In this document: positions 26,023 to 37,936 of the stretch, piece by piece
How positions within the stretch are numbered: the stretch's first letter is position 1
Layout: each line of letters begins with the position of its first letter
NCBI RefSeq assembly: GCF_009914755.1
Contig: NC_060947.1
Strand: one strand, 5' to 3'
DNA: 64,000 nucleotides
Source: the human T2T-CHM13v2.0 reference genome, Homo sapiens
The notes under the pieces: model-generated
The model's database searches: none
What the model saw: the letters and a program-made list of their open reading frames with translations, nothing else
Told to the model about the DNA's origin: nothing
Position numbers and translations under genes: made by a program

Positions 26023-27799
26023 CATTTATTTATTTTTTGGATTTTTTTTTATTTCAACTTTTAGATATAGGGGGTACATGTGTAGGTTTTTTACATGAGA
26101 ATATTGCATGATACTGAGGTTTGAGGTATGGATCCTGTCACCTAGGTAATGAGCATGATACTCAGTAGGTAGTTTTTTCAACCCATTCCCCCTCCTTCCT
26201 TTCCCCCCTAGTAATCTGTAGTGGCTGTTGTTCATTGTTCCCATGTTTATGAGTGTGTGTGTTCAATGTTTAGCTGGCACTTATAAGTGAAAATGTGCAG
26301 GATTTGGTTTTCTGTTCCTGCATTGACTTGTTTAAGATGAAGGCCTCCAGTTGCATCTATGTTGCTGCAAAGGACATAATTTCATTCTTTTTTATGGCTG
26401 TGTAGAGTTCCATGCTGTATATGTACCACATGTTCTTTATCCAATCTTCCACTGATAGGCACCTGGGTTGACTCCATATCTTTGCTATTGTGAATAGTGC
26501 AGTGATAAACAGTGAATGTCTTTTTGGTAGAATGATTTATTCTCCTTTTGGTACATAACCAGTAACAGGATGGCTGCATCAAATGGTAGCTCTATTTTAA
26601 ATTCTTTGAGAAGTCCCCCAACTACTTTCCACAGTGGCTGGGCCAATTTACATTCCCACCAACAGTGTATAAGTGTTCACTTTTCTCCACAGCCTCACCA
26701 ACATCTTTTGTTTCTTGACATTTTAATAATTGCCATTCTGAATAGTGTAAGATAGTATCTCATTGTGGTTTTGATTGTATTTCTCTAATGATTAGTGATA
26801 TAGAGCATGTTTCCATATGTTTTTTTTTGGCTGCTTGTATGTCTTCTTTTGAGAAGTGTTTGTTCATGTCTTTTGCTCATTTTTAGTGGGGTTCAAGGAG
26901 AAATACAAAACGCTGCTGAAATAAATCAGAGACAGTAAAAATAGATGAAAAAACATGCCATGCTCTTGGATCGGAAGAATCAATATCAAAAATAGCCATA
27001 CTACACAAAGCAATTTACAGATTCAGTGTTATTCCTATCAAACTACCAATGCCATTCTTCACAGAATTAGAAAAAACAAAAGCTACTCTAAAATTCCTAT
27101 GGAGCTGAAAATGAGCCCAAATAGCCAAAATAATCTTAAGGAAAAAGAACAAAGCTGGAGGAATCACACTATCCAACTTCAAACTACAATATAAGGCTAC
27201 AGTAACCAAAATAGCATGGTACTGGTACAAAAACAGACATGTAAACCAATGGAACAGAATAGCCCAGAAACAAAGCTAAAAAAAAAAAAAAAAAGAAGAA
27301 GAAAAAGAAACAAAGCTTCACACCTGCAACCATCTGATGTTCAACAAGGTCGAGAAAAACAAGCAATGGTGAAAGGGCTCCCTATTCAATAAATGGTGCT
27401 GGGATAACCTGCTAGCCATATTCAGAAGATTGAAACTGGACCCTCCCTTTCATCGTGCACAAAAATTAACTCAAAATGAGTCAAAGAATTAAATATAACA
27501 CCTCAAACTATAAAAAGCCTAGAACACAACCTAGGAAATATTCTTCTTGACATTGACCTTGGTAAAGAATTTTTGGGTAAGTCCCCAAAAGCAATTGCAA
27601 GAAAAACAAAAATAGGCAAGTGTGACCTAATTAAACTAAAGAGCTTCTGCACAGCAAAATAAACTATCGACAGAGCAAACAGATAACCTACAGAATGGGA
27701 GAAGATATTATCAAACCATGCATCTGACACAGGCCTACTATCTGGAATCTATAAGGAACTTCAACAAATCATCAAGCAAAAATAATAATAATAATCTCA
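26023..27799 (-). mobile_element. L1PA16/17-type with 5' inversion (twin priming); 3' part minus ~26023-26892, inverted part plus ~26893-27799
   Basis: Antisense 3'UTR/ORF2 end switches to sense ORF2 at ~26893; both parts meet at the AA(C/T)C.CA.TAA position of ORF2; TSD TTAATTG(C/T)TTT. Confidence 0.88.
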
Positions 27800-27986
27800 T
27801 TAATTGTTTTTAAATTACACTTGTAAGCAGGTTAAAACTTAGAAATATTAATCTCTGCCAATAAATTAAATATATAGTTCCAAGCTTAGATGGGGTGGGA
27901 ATTGACACGCGAGACACAAGTTGAATGAAAATAAAAATGCTATGATGTTAACTGAGGTTTTCTCAATTATATTAAGACATTGATAT

Positions 27987-28381
27987 TATTAAAAGGAAAA
28001 CTTGATACAAATTAAATTTAACAGAGTTTAATTAAGCAAAGAATGATTCACAAGTAGAGCACTCCCCTGAACCAAAATAGGTTCAGAGAGACTCCAGCGC
28101 TACCACGTGTTTGGAGAGAATTTATGGACAGAAAAAGGAAAGTGACTTACAGAAAACTGAAGTGAGGTACAAAAATAGCTGGACTGGTTTCGGCATGGCA
28201 TTTGCCTTATTTGAACATGGTGTGAGCAGTTGGCCACCTTTGACTGGCTGAAACATGATGATTGGCAAAAAGTAGGTTACAGTCTGTATTCACGTCCAAT
28301 TAGGTTACAGTTCACTATGTGTGGAGAAAACTTTATGCCAAACTTATAAGGAGGCAGCTTTAAGTTAAACTTAATTGAACA
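27987..28381 (-). mobile_element. MER57-type ERV1 solo LTR
   Basis: CAAATTAAATTTAACAGAGTTTAATT...GGAGGCAGCTTTAAGTTAAACTTAATTGAACA; 4-bp TSD ATAT/GTAT. Confidence 0.8.
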
Positions 28382-28864
28382 GTATTCAAATATAGTAATA
28401 TATTGAAGGATGGTGAAGTACATATCTCACTGCTAGTGAAAAATATTGGATAGTTGAAATTTCATCGCAGTTCTACATTTTTATGAATCGATTACAGTCT
28501 TCATTCTTCATTTGTTGAATATTGTTGATTATTCATTACATCCTATTTGTATGTCATTATATGTCAATCTACGTTCTAATAAGCTCAGGGCTTTAAATGT
28601 GAACCAGTATGAAATCTAACTTTAAACTTTCAGCTTTCTTTTTATTCTTTTTTAATAAAACATTGGGTTAAACTAGGACATCCATTTTAGAATTCAATAA
28701 AAACAATTTTAAAAAGACTGTAACTTACAGTGGGTTCTCCTTCCAACACATTAAATTCCAAAACATGCATTCTGAAATGTAAACCTCTTGTGTTTTTAAT
28801 ATACAAATATTTCAAGTTTCAAATTTCAGGATATCACTGTCAGCCATTCTTTATTTTATCTATA

Positions 28865-29050
28865 CAGAATTATTTTACAGATTTTGAGCACGGCCTACAG
28901 TAAGAAATACTTCATACATAATGATTTTCACACACATACATTTATTTCTTTAAATGGAAAAAAATTATAAATGATTTCCTTACTATGGCCAAGAACTTTA
29001 ATATTGTCTTCTACTCCACTCTATTAATGGGTCTTGCAGTTGAAAAGCTC
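28865..29050 (-). mobile_element. Possible hAT-Charlie MITE remnant
   Basis: CAGTAAGAAATAC...CCTTACTA...CAGTTGAAAAGC weak similarity. Confidence 0.35.
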
Positions 29051-29443
29051 ATTTAATAAATATTGTTGAAAATAGGCTAGATTAAATAGAGAATAAAATT
29101 TATGAAGACAAATATTTTCTTTGTCTTCTATGGAGGAAATTCTTCATATTCTCACTAAATCATTGATAAAATTGCACCCTCTTAATTCATTGTTTCACCA
29201 ATTGCTGTGAAATATGGCCCGAAATACACTTTCATTGAAACGGACTTAATTTCTCAGTAGTTTGAAAATAAAGCAAGTAGATATTGAGGACTTCCATTAC
29301 GACTGTGTTTGTGCTAACTATCTAATGTCACTTGGAAAATTGCACTAAAACAAGTTGGTTGGTGAGTTTTAAATGTCTGACTATTTTCAGCTACTTTCTA
29401 TGAGATCATGGGACCCTGTGAGTTAGTGGCTGGGTCAAAAGTT

Positions 29444-29650
29444 TTTGTTTGTTTGCTTGTTTTTTGGAGACAGGGTTTCACTCTCATCACCTAGGCTGGA
29501 GTGCAGTGCCCAGCTAATTTTTGTATTTTTTGTAGAGACAGGGTTTCACCCTGTTGCCCAGGCTGGTCTAGAACTCCTGAGCTCAAGTGATCCTCCTGCC
29601 TAGGCCTCCCAAAGTGCTGGGATTACAGGTGCGAGCCACTGCACCCAGCC
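29444..29650 (-). mobile_element. AluJ with ~95-bp deletion in the right arm
   Basis: GGAGTGCAGTG joined to CCCAGCTAATTTT at ~29508; TSD TGGGTCAAAAGTT at 29431-43 and 29651-63. Confidence 0.93.
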
Positions 29651-29782
29651 TGGGTCAAAAGTTATAGGAAAACTGCTTTATTTAATATTTCAGAAGAGGT
29701 CATAAATTGAGTGAAATTGTTAAAAAGAGTTTTTATATTTCATCTACACATGCAACTCTTATGGATTACTATATTATCCATC

Positions 29783-29824
<42 letters not shown>

Positions 29825-29836
29825 GTATCTATCTAT
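29783..29836 (+). repeat. (TCTA)n/(GATA)n tetranucleotide STR
   Basis: About 10 perfect ATCT units, one ATGT interruption, then two more. Confidence 0.95.
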
Positions 29837-30928
29837 ATTGGTTAACCCACTTTTTCACTTACAACAGAGAATTTCAATCATTAAAAAGTGTATTTCAAGT
29901 ACTTCAAGTAATTTGTTTAAAAGTTAGACATTTTAAACAAATCATAATAGAAAAACATCTTGCAAAATTTCTATATCATCCAGACTTCTTGCTTCTTGTA
30001 TCTGTGTGTGTGCATGTGTGTGATTATAATGTATACAGTATTTGATTATGATATTTTACTTCTTGTAACAAGCAATATGAATTTGAAGCACTCTTTTCTT
30101 GCGATAATACCAAGCTATTTCAATTACTTTTTAGATTTTTATACCTTTCATTTTATTTCTTTCTTTTGTTTTAAGGAGAATAAAAAGTGTTACTGAGGGA
30201 CAGGAAGAGAAATGGAGTCAACCTTATAGAGGGTTCATATAAACTTTTATAGCAATATCAATTAAAGTTTATTAGAGGGAAATATGGATAGAAATGCTAT
30301 TTTAGGATTGCTGAGTAATTTATTGATTCATACTCCCATCCTAGTAAACTCAGCTAAACACTGATTATCACAGATATGCACTTTATCACCATAGTCCTTA
30401 TTATTGTTCATGATCACCAATCATTTACTGATCAGCTCTGGAGTGTTAGAAAGCAAATGGAACATCCTTGTTTTGTGAAGTGTTGAAGCACAAAAGGGTA
30501 TTGATCTGTTGCCACGTTACATTGCCGATTCATGTCTAGTCTGTGATTCAAAGCCGTTCCTCACTTTCTTGCAGAATTATTTTTTGTGGATGTTTCCTCC
30601 TAACCAAACCTTTTTATGTGTTTTATTAATGCTTCTCAAGTGTAGTCCTTTTTACTTCTTTTCATGTAACTTCCCTGTCCTTTATGCCTAATACAAAAAT
30701 TAACATTTATGTGTGAAAAAGGCTATATTCACCCACAAAAAAGTTCTCATGTCAGAAAGGTTTAGAATTACAAATGACTCAGCAGGCCTTTTAAACTTCA
30801 ACTCTTCAAAGCACTATTCTTGGTGTTGTGAAGAATCAGGGCTAAAACATAGCTGTTGCCCTCAAGGTGCTCATAGTCTACAGTAGCTAGGGGTTCAAGG
30901 GCCAGCTCTGCAATTTCCTATCTGAATA

Positions 30929-31130
30929 CAGTTGTGTTCTTCAAACTGTTTGTTGTGAGTCAATTATACTTTGGCAAGTCAATTTACTGGGTCATGATCA
31001 ACTTAAAAAATACCAGGACATAAGCAGATAGAATGTGATATAATAGAAAAAAAATCTTGAGTTCATTGCATGCAGGAAAAGTAAATTTGCTTTGTGAAAC
31101 ATTTGTCTCACATATAAAGTATATGAATAT
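30929..31130 (+). mobile_element. hAT-Charlie MITE fragment (MER113-like)
   Basis: TTCTTCAAACTG...GTCAATTTACTGGGTCATGA...TTTGTGAAACATTTGT pattern. Confidence 0.45.
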
Positions 31131-31181
31131 ACATATTGGATAGTGAAATAAAATGTATTTTATACTTTTCATTGCAATCAC

Positions 31182-31776
31182 ATCAACCTACATGTCAACC
31201 TGAGTGTCCTGATCAATCGAAGTGTCCATCAATGGATAAATGGATAAAGGAAATGTGGTATATATACACAAAGAAATACTATTAGGGCTTAAAAAGAATA
31301 TAATTCTGTAATTTGCAGCAACATTAATGGAACTGGAGCTCATTAATTTAAATGAAATAAGCTACGCAGAAAGACAGATATTGCATGTTCTCACTCATAT
31401 GTTGGGGCTAGAAAAGTCAATCTCATGGAGGCAGAGAGTAGAATGATGGTTACCCGAGGCTGAGAAGGGTAGGGGTTCCGAGATGATGAAGAGAGTCTGG
31501 TTAATGGATGCAAACATACAATCAGAGAGAAGGAATAAGTTCTAGTGTTTAACAGCACCGTAAAGTAACTAAGTTAACAACAATATATTGTGTGTTTCAA
31601 AATAGCTAGAAAATAATATTTGAAATATTCCCAATAGTAAGAAATAATAAATGTTTGAGGTGATAGCTATCCCAAATACCCTGACATGATCACTACGTAT
31701 TATATGCATATATCAAAATATCACATTTAATCCATAAATATGTATACGTATTATACATCAATTTTTTTAAAAAAAA
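31182..31776 (+). mobile_element. L1MA4/5-type 3' end
   Basis: GTGTCCATCAATGGATAAATGGATAAAG, AGGAATAAGTTCTAGTG, GTTTGAGGTGAT 3'UTR motifs and A tail. Confidence 0.88.
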
Positions 31777-33461
31777 TTGAAAGTGTGAGAAACACTGATT
31801 TGAACTATTTCTTTTCTCTCATGGAGCTTCAGATCTCTTATCTATATAATATAAATAAAAATAACAGCAAACAATATGCATGTGCCTACTTTGCTAAACC
31901 CTTTAGTAGAATAATTCATTTAATTTTCACAATAACAAAAAGATACACATTTAACATGATTTATAAACTTGCCAATGCTGAAATTAAAAATTGATAGGAC
32001 CAAGATTGTAAATAAGGTTGGCTACATAAAAGGAGGACCTAAATTACAGAACTGATAAAGGATAAATGATATGAAAAGTGTTAAATACTATACAAATGTA
32101 AAATATTATTTAGACAAGAAAAGTACAAATTCAATTTTCATCGTAATATAAAGTGATGATTTAACCCAAAGAAAACTGTCGATACTTATATATTTTATTA
32201 TAAAACAATTTTCTACATGTTATTTTACCTAGTCTGTTTTCATTTTAATTTGTTGAAGTATTTTGCACATATCTAAATTTTTTATTATCATATCCCAATT
32301 TTAAGGTAGTCTAGATATGAGTTCACAGCATTCACTCACTTTTAAAGTAGATTGATTTTTTGAAAATAATCTTTATTGTATATAGTATAGGCAAATAATC
32401 AATGAACTTCCAAAATCGGTAGCAAATTTCCACATATTAACGACCTTCATATTTTGAGTCTCATAGAACTAATCTGGCATATTTGAAAAGTAATAGATGA
32501 TTAATTCTCTGTATAAAATTATTTCAACAAGTAATTATATTTTAGATGTATTTAAAATAGCCTGTATTTATCTCGCTCAAATTCAACAATGCATGTCGAA
32601 AGTGAAACAAATCCTGTTCATTCCTGAACTGACTTACAGTAATAAGAAACTAGAAGTGGACTTAGAAGTTGAAATTTAATGATACATTTTACATTTAGGT
32701 GAATATGGCTTAAAAAAGAATGGATACCAATTTCTGTAGAATTAACAAAAACACACAAAGATACTCAAAATGTGTTATACTCCTCCCAAACAAGATATAA
32801 TGATACCGATTTAAATAACTTTACAGTCACAAATATCAATTCAATAAGATTATTTATATAGTAAGATTTCTTTAAAGTAGCTGATATTTTAACTCTTTGT
32901 CATGCAAACCATTAAGCTCATAAGCATGGATTCTTATCAGCCTTCCTCAAGTCTTTACACTTGTCATAATCCATATTTTTTCTTTGCGGAAGGTTCCCTA
33001 TGAAGTTTGTCTACTTTTTAATTCATGGTGTGCAAGAAGAAAACGACAATATGAAATATATTTGTCAATTATAAATTTGTCATTTATTTAAATATCACTA
33101 TATCCTGTACCAGGTGTAAAACCTTTTGATAAATCTTTTTGAGTTGTCAGGATCATAACAAAATTAATTCAAAACAATTGTACGTGATAGGCAGTAAATA
33201 AATCTGCCAGATTGTGAGTTTTAAAAAAATAGCATCACTGTGCTTCATTCTTTTGACTTGACAAGTAATGAAAAGACCTTCATTAGGAGACCATTTCACA
33301 GAATTTGATGAATAACTTAAAGACAAATTAAAGATTGTAAGACTGTAAGATAAATAAGGAGAAAATGAAGACCACTGTCGTTTGCCAAATGCATGACGTA
33401 TTTAACTAATACTCCCATGGAAGTTTCTACTTTTCACAAAGGAGGTTTACATATTTTCAAG

Positions 33462-33648
33462 TGTTTTCTCAAAGTATCTCCACAAAGGATCTGCATCAGA
33501 TTCATCTTCAACTCTTGTTAAAAAAGCAGAGATTTTTAAACCCCACTTGAGTCCTACTAAGTTAGACTCTGTGAAGGTTAGAATACAAGATCTTTAATTA
33601 TAACCATCTTCTGTGGTTAACTGTATTCATAGGAATCTAAGAAACATG
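33462..33648 (+). mobile_element. MER5-type hAT MITE
   Basis: TTTCTCAAAG...TGCATCAGA...TGTTAAAAAAGCAGA...CCTACTAAGTTAGACTCT. Confidence 0.6.
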
Positions 33649-33689
33649 CATTTTACACCAGAGCAGAATCCAAATCCTGAGTGGATTTA

Positions 33690-34976
33690 TTTAGAGCGGA
33701 GTTCTGCCACCTAGAGTTTTGGAAATTTTCAGGAAAATTTTGGTTGTCATAATGATTGGGGTGCACTATGACTGGCATTGAGATGGACAGAGCAGGACAG
33801 TCCTGCACTATACATAACCATCCCACATCCTCGCAACTTTTGATTATTGTACTTGGCATTCGTAAAAGTGAAAACTGTTGTGATGGTTAATATTAGGTGT
33901 CTACTTGATTGCATTGAAGGATGCCTAGAGACCTGGTAAAGTATCGTTTCCGGGTGTGTCAGAGGAGATTGACATTTGAGTCAGTGGACTGGGAGAGCAA
34001 GACCCACGTTCCGTGTGGGTGGGCACCATCCAATCAGCTTCCAGTGCAGCAAAAACAAAGCAGATGGAAGAAAGTGAGATAACGTGGCTTACTAGGTCTT
34101 CTAGCTTTCATTTTTCTCCTGTGCTGGATGCTTTTCACAAAGGAGGTTTACATATTTTCAAGTGTACGTATTTTCAGACTCCAGGTTCTTCAGCCTTTGG
34201 ATTCTTGGACTCACACCAGTGGTTTCCAGGTGCTCTCAGGCCTTCAGCCACATACTGAAGGCTGCATTGTTGGCTTCCCTGCTTTTAAGGCTTTGGGACT
34301 CAGATTGAGCCACTACTGGCTTCTTCCCCAGCTTGCAGACGGCGTATCCTGGGACTTCGCCTTGTGATCGTGTGAGCCCATTCTCACTACTAAACTCCCT
34401 TTTATGTAAACATATATCCTATTAGTTCTGTCACTCTGGAGAACCCTAATACAATCATATTTACAATCATCTGATAACAGAGACCACTTCTGTTTTTGAT
34501 ATAAACAAAACTTCTTTGCAAGGTTCTAATACACTAGGTTTTTATTTTGGAATCACTACTGTATAAATTTAAAGAAGGCTGTGCATTGTTTGGTTTAGAA
34601 TTTTATCAAGTTGTCTGCTATTTTTGAAAACTGCATCAGTTGTGGTAATGCTGCCCACATATTTGATTTGTCAATACAGTGCTCCTCTCTCAGGCTGCAT
34701 TTGTAGCTGTTGCATTTATGGTGATTCCATGCATAGGTGAAAGCCTGTAAATGCTTCATTAGATCTTCTGGTGTAATCAGGCCTGAGCATCAACATACTG
34801 AAATACATGTCATTAATATTATCAGTTACTTTCCTTTTATTTATCATTAATATTATAGTTAAAGCTTTTTAACTTCTCATTTATTTTTTGGATTAAGGAT
34901 TATAAAGAAAATATTACAAAATGTTTTCATGAAAAAGATTATATTAGGTGTGACAAAGATAAGAAATGTTGAGAAA
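33690..34976 (+). mobile_element. MER20B-type hAT element split by MLT2B
   Basis: TTTGGTTGTCATAATGATTGGGG, CTGCATTTGTAGCTGTTGCATT, GCCTGAGCAT...TGAAATACAT, GTTGAGAA end. Confidence 0.75.
33879..34453 (+). mobile_element. MLT2B-type ERVL solo LTR
   Basis: TGTGATGGTTAATATTAGGTGT start and CTCTGGAGAACCCTAATACA end. Confidence 0.92.
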
Positions 34977-35202
34977 GAATTATCTTAGACCATTCTAGGC
35001 CAGAACTTTTTGTAAGATAATTTCAAAACTTCCTTCTAGAAAGGATTTTCGATTCCTGATACAATGTTTGTGCATCTTTCTGTTGCCTCTAAATGAGATT
35101 AAGAATTTATAAGGCCTAAGATTACCCAATTTACTGGCTGAATAGCCTAAAGATTGATTTTTCTTATATTTAACCAAATGCTTAAATCGCCTCAATCAAG
35201 AG

Positions 35203-35575
35203 TGATATGGTTTGGCTGTGTCCCCACCCAAATCTCATGTTGAACTGTATTTTGCATAACCCCCATGTGTCATGGGAGGGACCCAGTGGGAGGAAATTGA
35301 ATCATGGAGACAGTTACCTCCATACTGTTCTCATGATATTTAGTGAGTTCTCATGAGATCCAATGGTTTTAGAAGGGGCTTCCCCCGCCTTTGCTCTGCA
35401 TTTCTCCTTGCTGCTGCCATGTGAAGAAGGACATGTTTACTTCCTGTTCCACCATGATTGTAAGTTTCCTGAGGCCTCCCAGTCCTGTGGAGCTGTGAGT
35501 CAATTAAACCTCTTTCCTTTGTAAATTATCCATTCTCAGGTATGTCTTTATTAGCAGTGAGAACAGACTAGTACA
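35203..35575 (+). mobile_element. THE1C/D MaLR solo LTR
   Basis: TGATATGGTTTGGCTGTGTCCCCACCCAAATCTCA start; GAGAACAGACTAGTACA end. Confidence 0.93.
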
Positions 35576-35692
35576 AGGGGTGATTTTGTCCCCCAAGGGA
35601 AATTTGACCATATCTGGAAATAGTTTTGGTTGTCACAACTGTTGGGTGCTACTGGCATTTCATGGCTGGATGCTAAGGAATCTGTTAATATA

Positions 35693-35764
35693 TTAGGTTG
35701 GTGCACAAGTAATTGCGGTTTTTGCCAAATGGCAAAAACCGCAATTACTTGTGCACCAACCTAA
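35693..35764. mobile_element. MADE1 (Hsmar1-derived MITE), perfect hairpin
   Basis: TTAGGTTGGTGCACAAGTAATTGCGGTTTTTGCCA-AA-TGGCAAAAACCGCAATTACTTGTGCACCAACCTAA with TA duplication. Confidence 0.97.
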
Positions 35765-36538
35765 TACTATAATGCACCAGATGCCCACCCCACCCCCACA
35801 AAACAAAGAATTATCTAGTACAAAATTACCCAGTACAAAATGTCAAAATGCCAAGGCTAAAAGTTTCTACTTTAGACAGTCTCTTTTTCGGTAATATGTT
35901 CATCCAAAAAGGGAATTTTTGAAATAGTCCACCCTGAGACCTCTCCCCTTAGTGCTGGCTTGAAAAAAATTTGACACAAGCTTACACATAATGTAGTTGA
36001 AAAGCTGTTTTTTCCCCTTTTATACTATTTAAAGTAACTAGCCCTGAGGAAGCTAAATAAAAAGACAAGATAAAATATGTTATTGAGTTGTAAAGTTTCT
36101 AGTTATTTCTATGGACTTAACTTATTTTTTAATGTACAGTGAGATATAAGAAATCATCACCAAATATTTATAAATTATGCTAGGGCTGTAAGAAAGTTAA
36201 TAAATAGGAAATTATACTAAGCCATGTTAAAAAAGAAAATAAGGCTTAGGGTGAGATAGAAATAAAGAGGTAAATATTTAGAAAATGTTGAGCAGGAGAA
36301 ATTTTTTAAATTTCTAACCAAGTGCCTATGAGAGAATTTGAAAATAATGCCAATATTCTAAGTTTTTCATTGGCAATAACAATGTTAAAAGGCTTTAAAA
36401 GAAAAATTTGGCACCCTCTTCTGATTACATTTCAATTTAAGAGTTCTACAGTTCATATGGAACTAAAATAGAACTTAAATAGCCAAAGCAGTCCTAAGCA
36501 TAAGAACAAGCTGGAGGCATCACATTACCTTACCTCAA

Positions 36539-36872
<334 letters not shown>

Positions 36873-37892
36873 TGACTGAAACAGCATGGTACTGGGATGA
36901 AAATAGACACACATTTCAATAGAACAGAAGAAGGAACCCAGAAATAGAGATACATATTTATAGCCAAATAATCTTTGACAAAGCCAATAAAAGCCCCCCA
37001 ACATGGAGGAAGGACATCCTTTTCAATAAATGATGCTGGGTAAATTGGCTATCTATATGCAGAAGAATGAAGCTGGATACCGATCTGTCACCACATACAA
37101 AAAATTACTCAAGATGGATTTAAGACTTAAATATAAGACCTGAAACTATACAAATACTAGAAGAAAATCTAGGGAAAATTCTTGTGGACATTGGTCTAGG
37201 CAAATAATTCGTGACTAAGACCTCAAAAGCATGAGCAACAACAAAAAATAGGCAATTGGGACTTAAATGAAAAAGCTCCCTAACAACAAAATACATAATC
37301 AACAGAGTGAACAGACAACCTACAGAATGGGAGAAAATATTTACAAACTGTATGTCCCACAGGGGACTAATAATCCCTAATTTACAGGGAACTCAATAAC
37401 AACAACAACAACAAACAAATAACCTCATTATAAAGCAAGCAAATGACATAAATAGACATTTTTCAAAGGAAGATATGCAAATGGTCATCAAACATATGAA
37501 AAAGTGATAAACATCACTAATCATCAGAGAAATGAAAACTAGAACCGCAATGAGAAATCATCTTACCTCAGTCAGAATGGCTGTTATTTAAAAGGTCCAA
37601 ATGTAACAGATGATGGTGAGACTGCAGAGAAAAAGAAACACTTAGACACTGTTGGTGGAAATATAAATTAGTATAACCTCTACGGAAAACCTCTATGGAG
37701 GGTTCACAAATAACTAAAAATTTAACTACCGTTTCACCTAACAATCCCACTACTGCATATAACGCCAAAGGAAAAGAAATTATTATATTAAAAAAACTGT
37801 ATTCATATGTTTATTGCAGCACTATTTACAATAAAAAAGATATGGAATCAACCCAAGTGTCCATCAACAGATGAATAAAGAGAATGTGTTGT

Positions 37893-37936
37893 ACGCACGT
37901 GCATGTGCACACGCACACACACACACACACACACAC
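37893..37936 (+). repeat. (CA)n microsatellite inside L1PB4
   Basis: gcacacgcacacacacacacacacacac. Confidence 0.9.

Larger units (their letters stand above)
35190..35870 (+). mobile_element. MER20 hAT MITE split by THE1 and MADE1
   Basis: CTCAA..|..GGGGTGATTTTGTCCCCCAAGGG, TTTTGGTTGTCACAACT, GCTACTGGCAT, ACAAAGAATTATC. Confidence 0.8.

Noticed and set aside
35691-35766. Naming the hairpin as a specific MIR548 gene or a terminator
   Set aside because: I cannot match it to a specific annotated miRNA from memory; intrinsic terminators do not apply to this eukaryotic context
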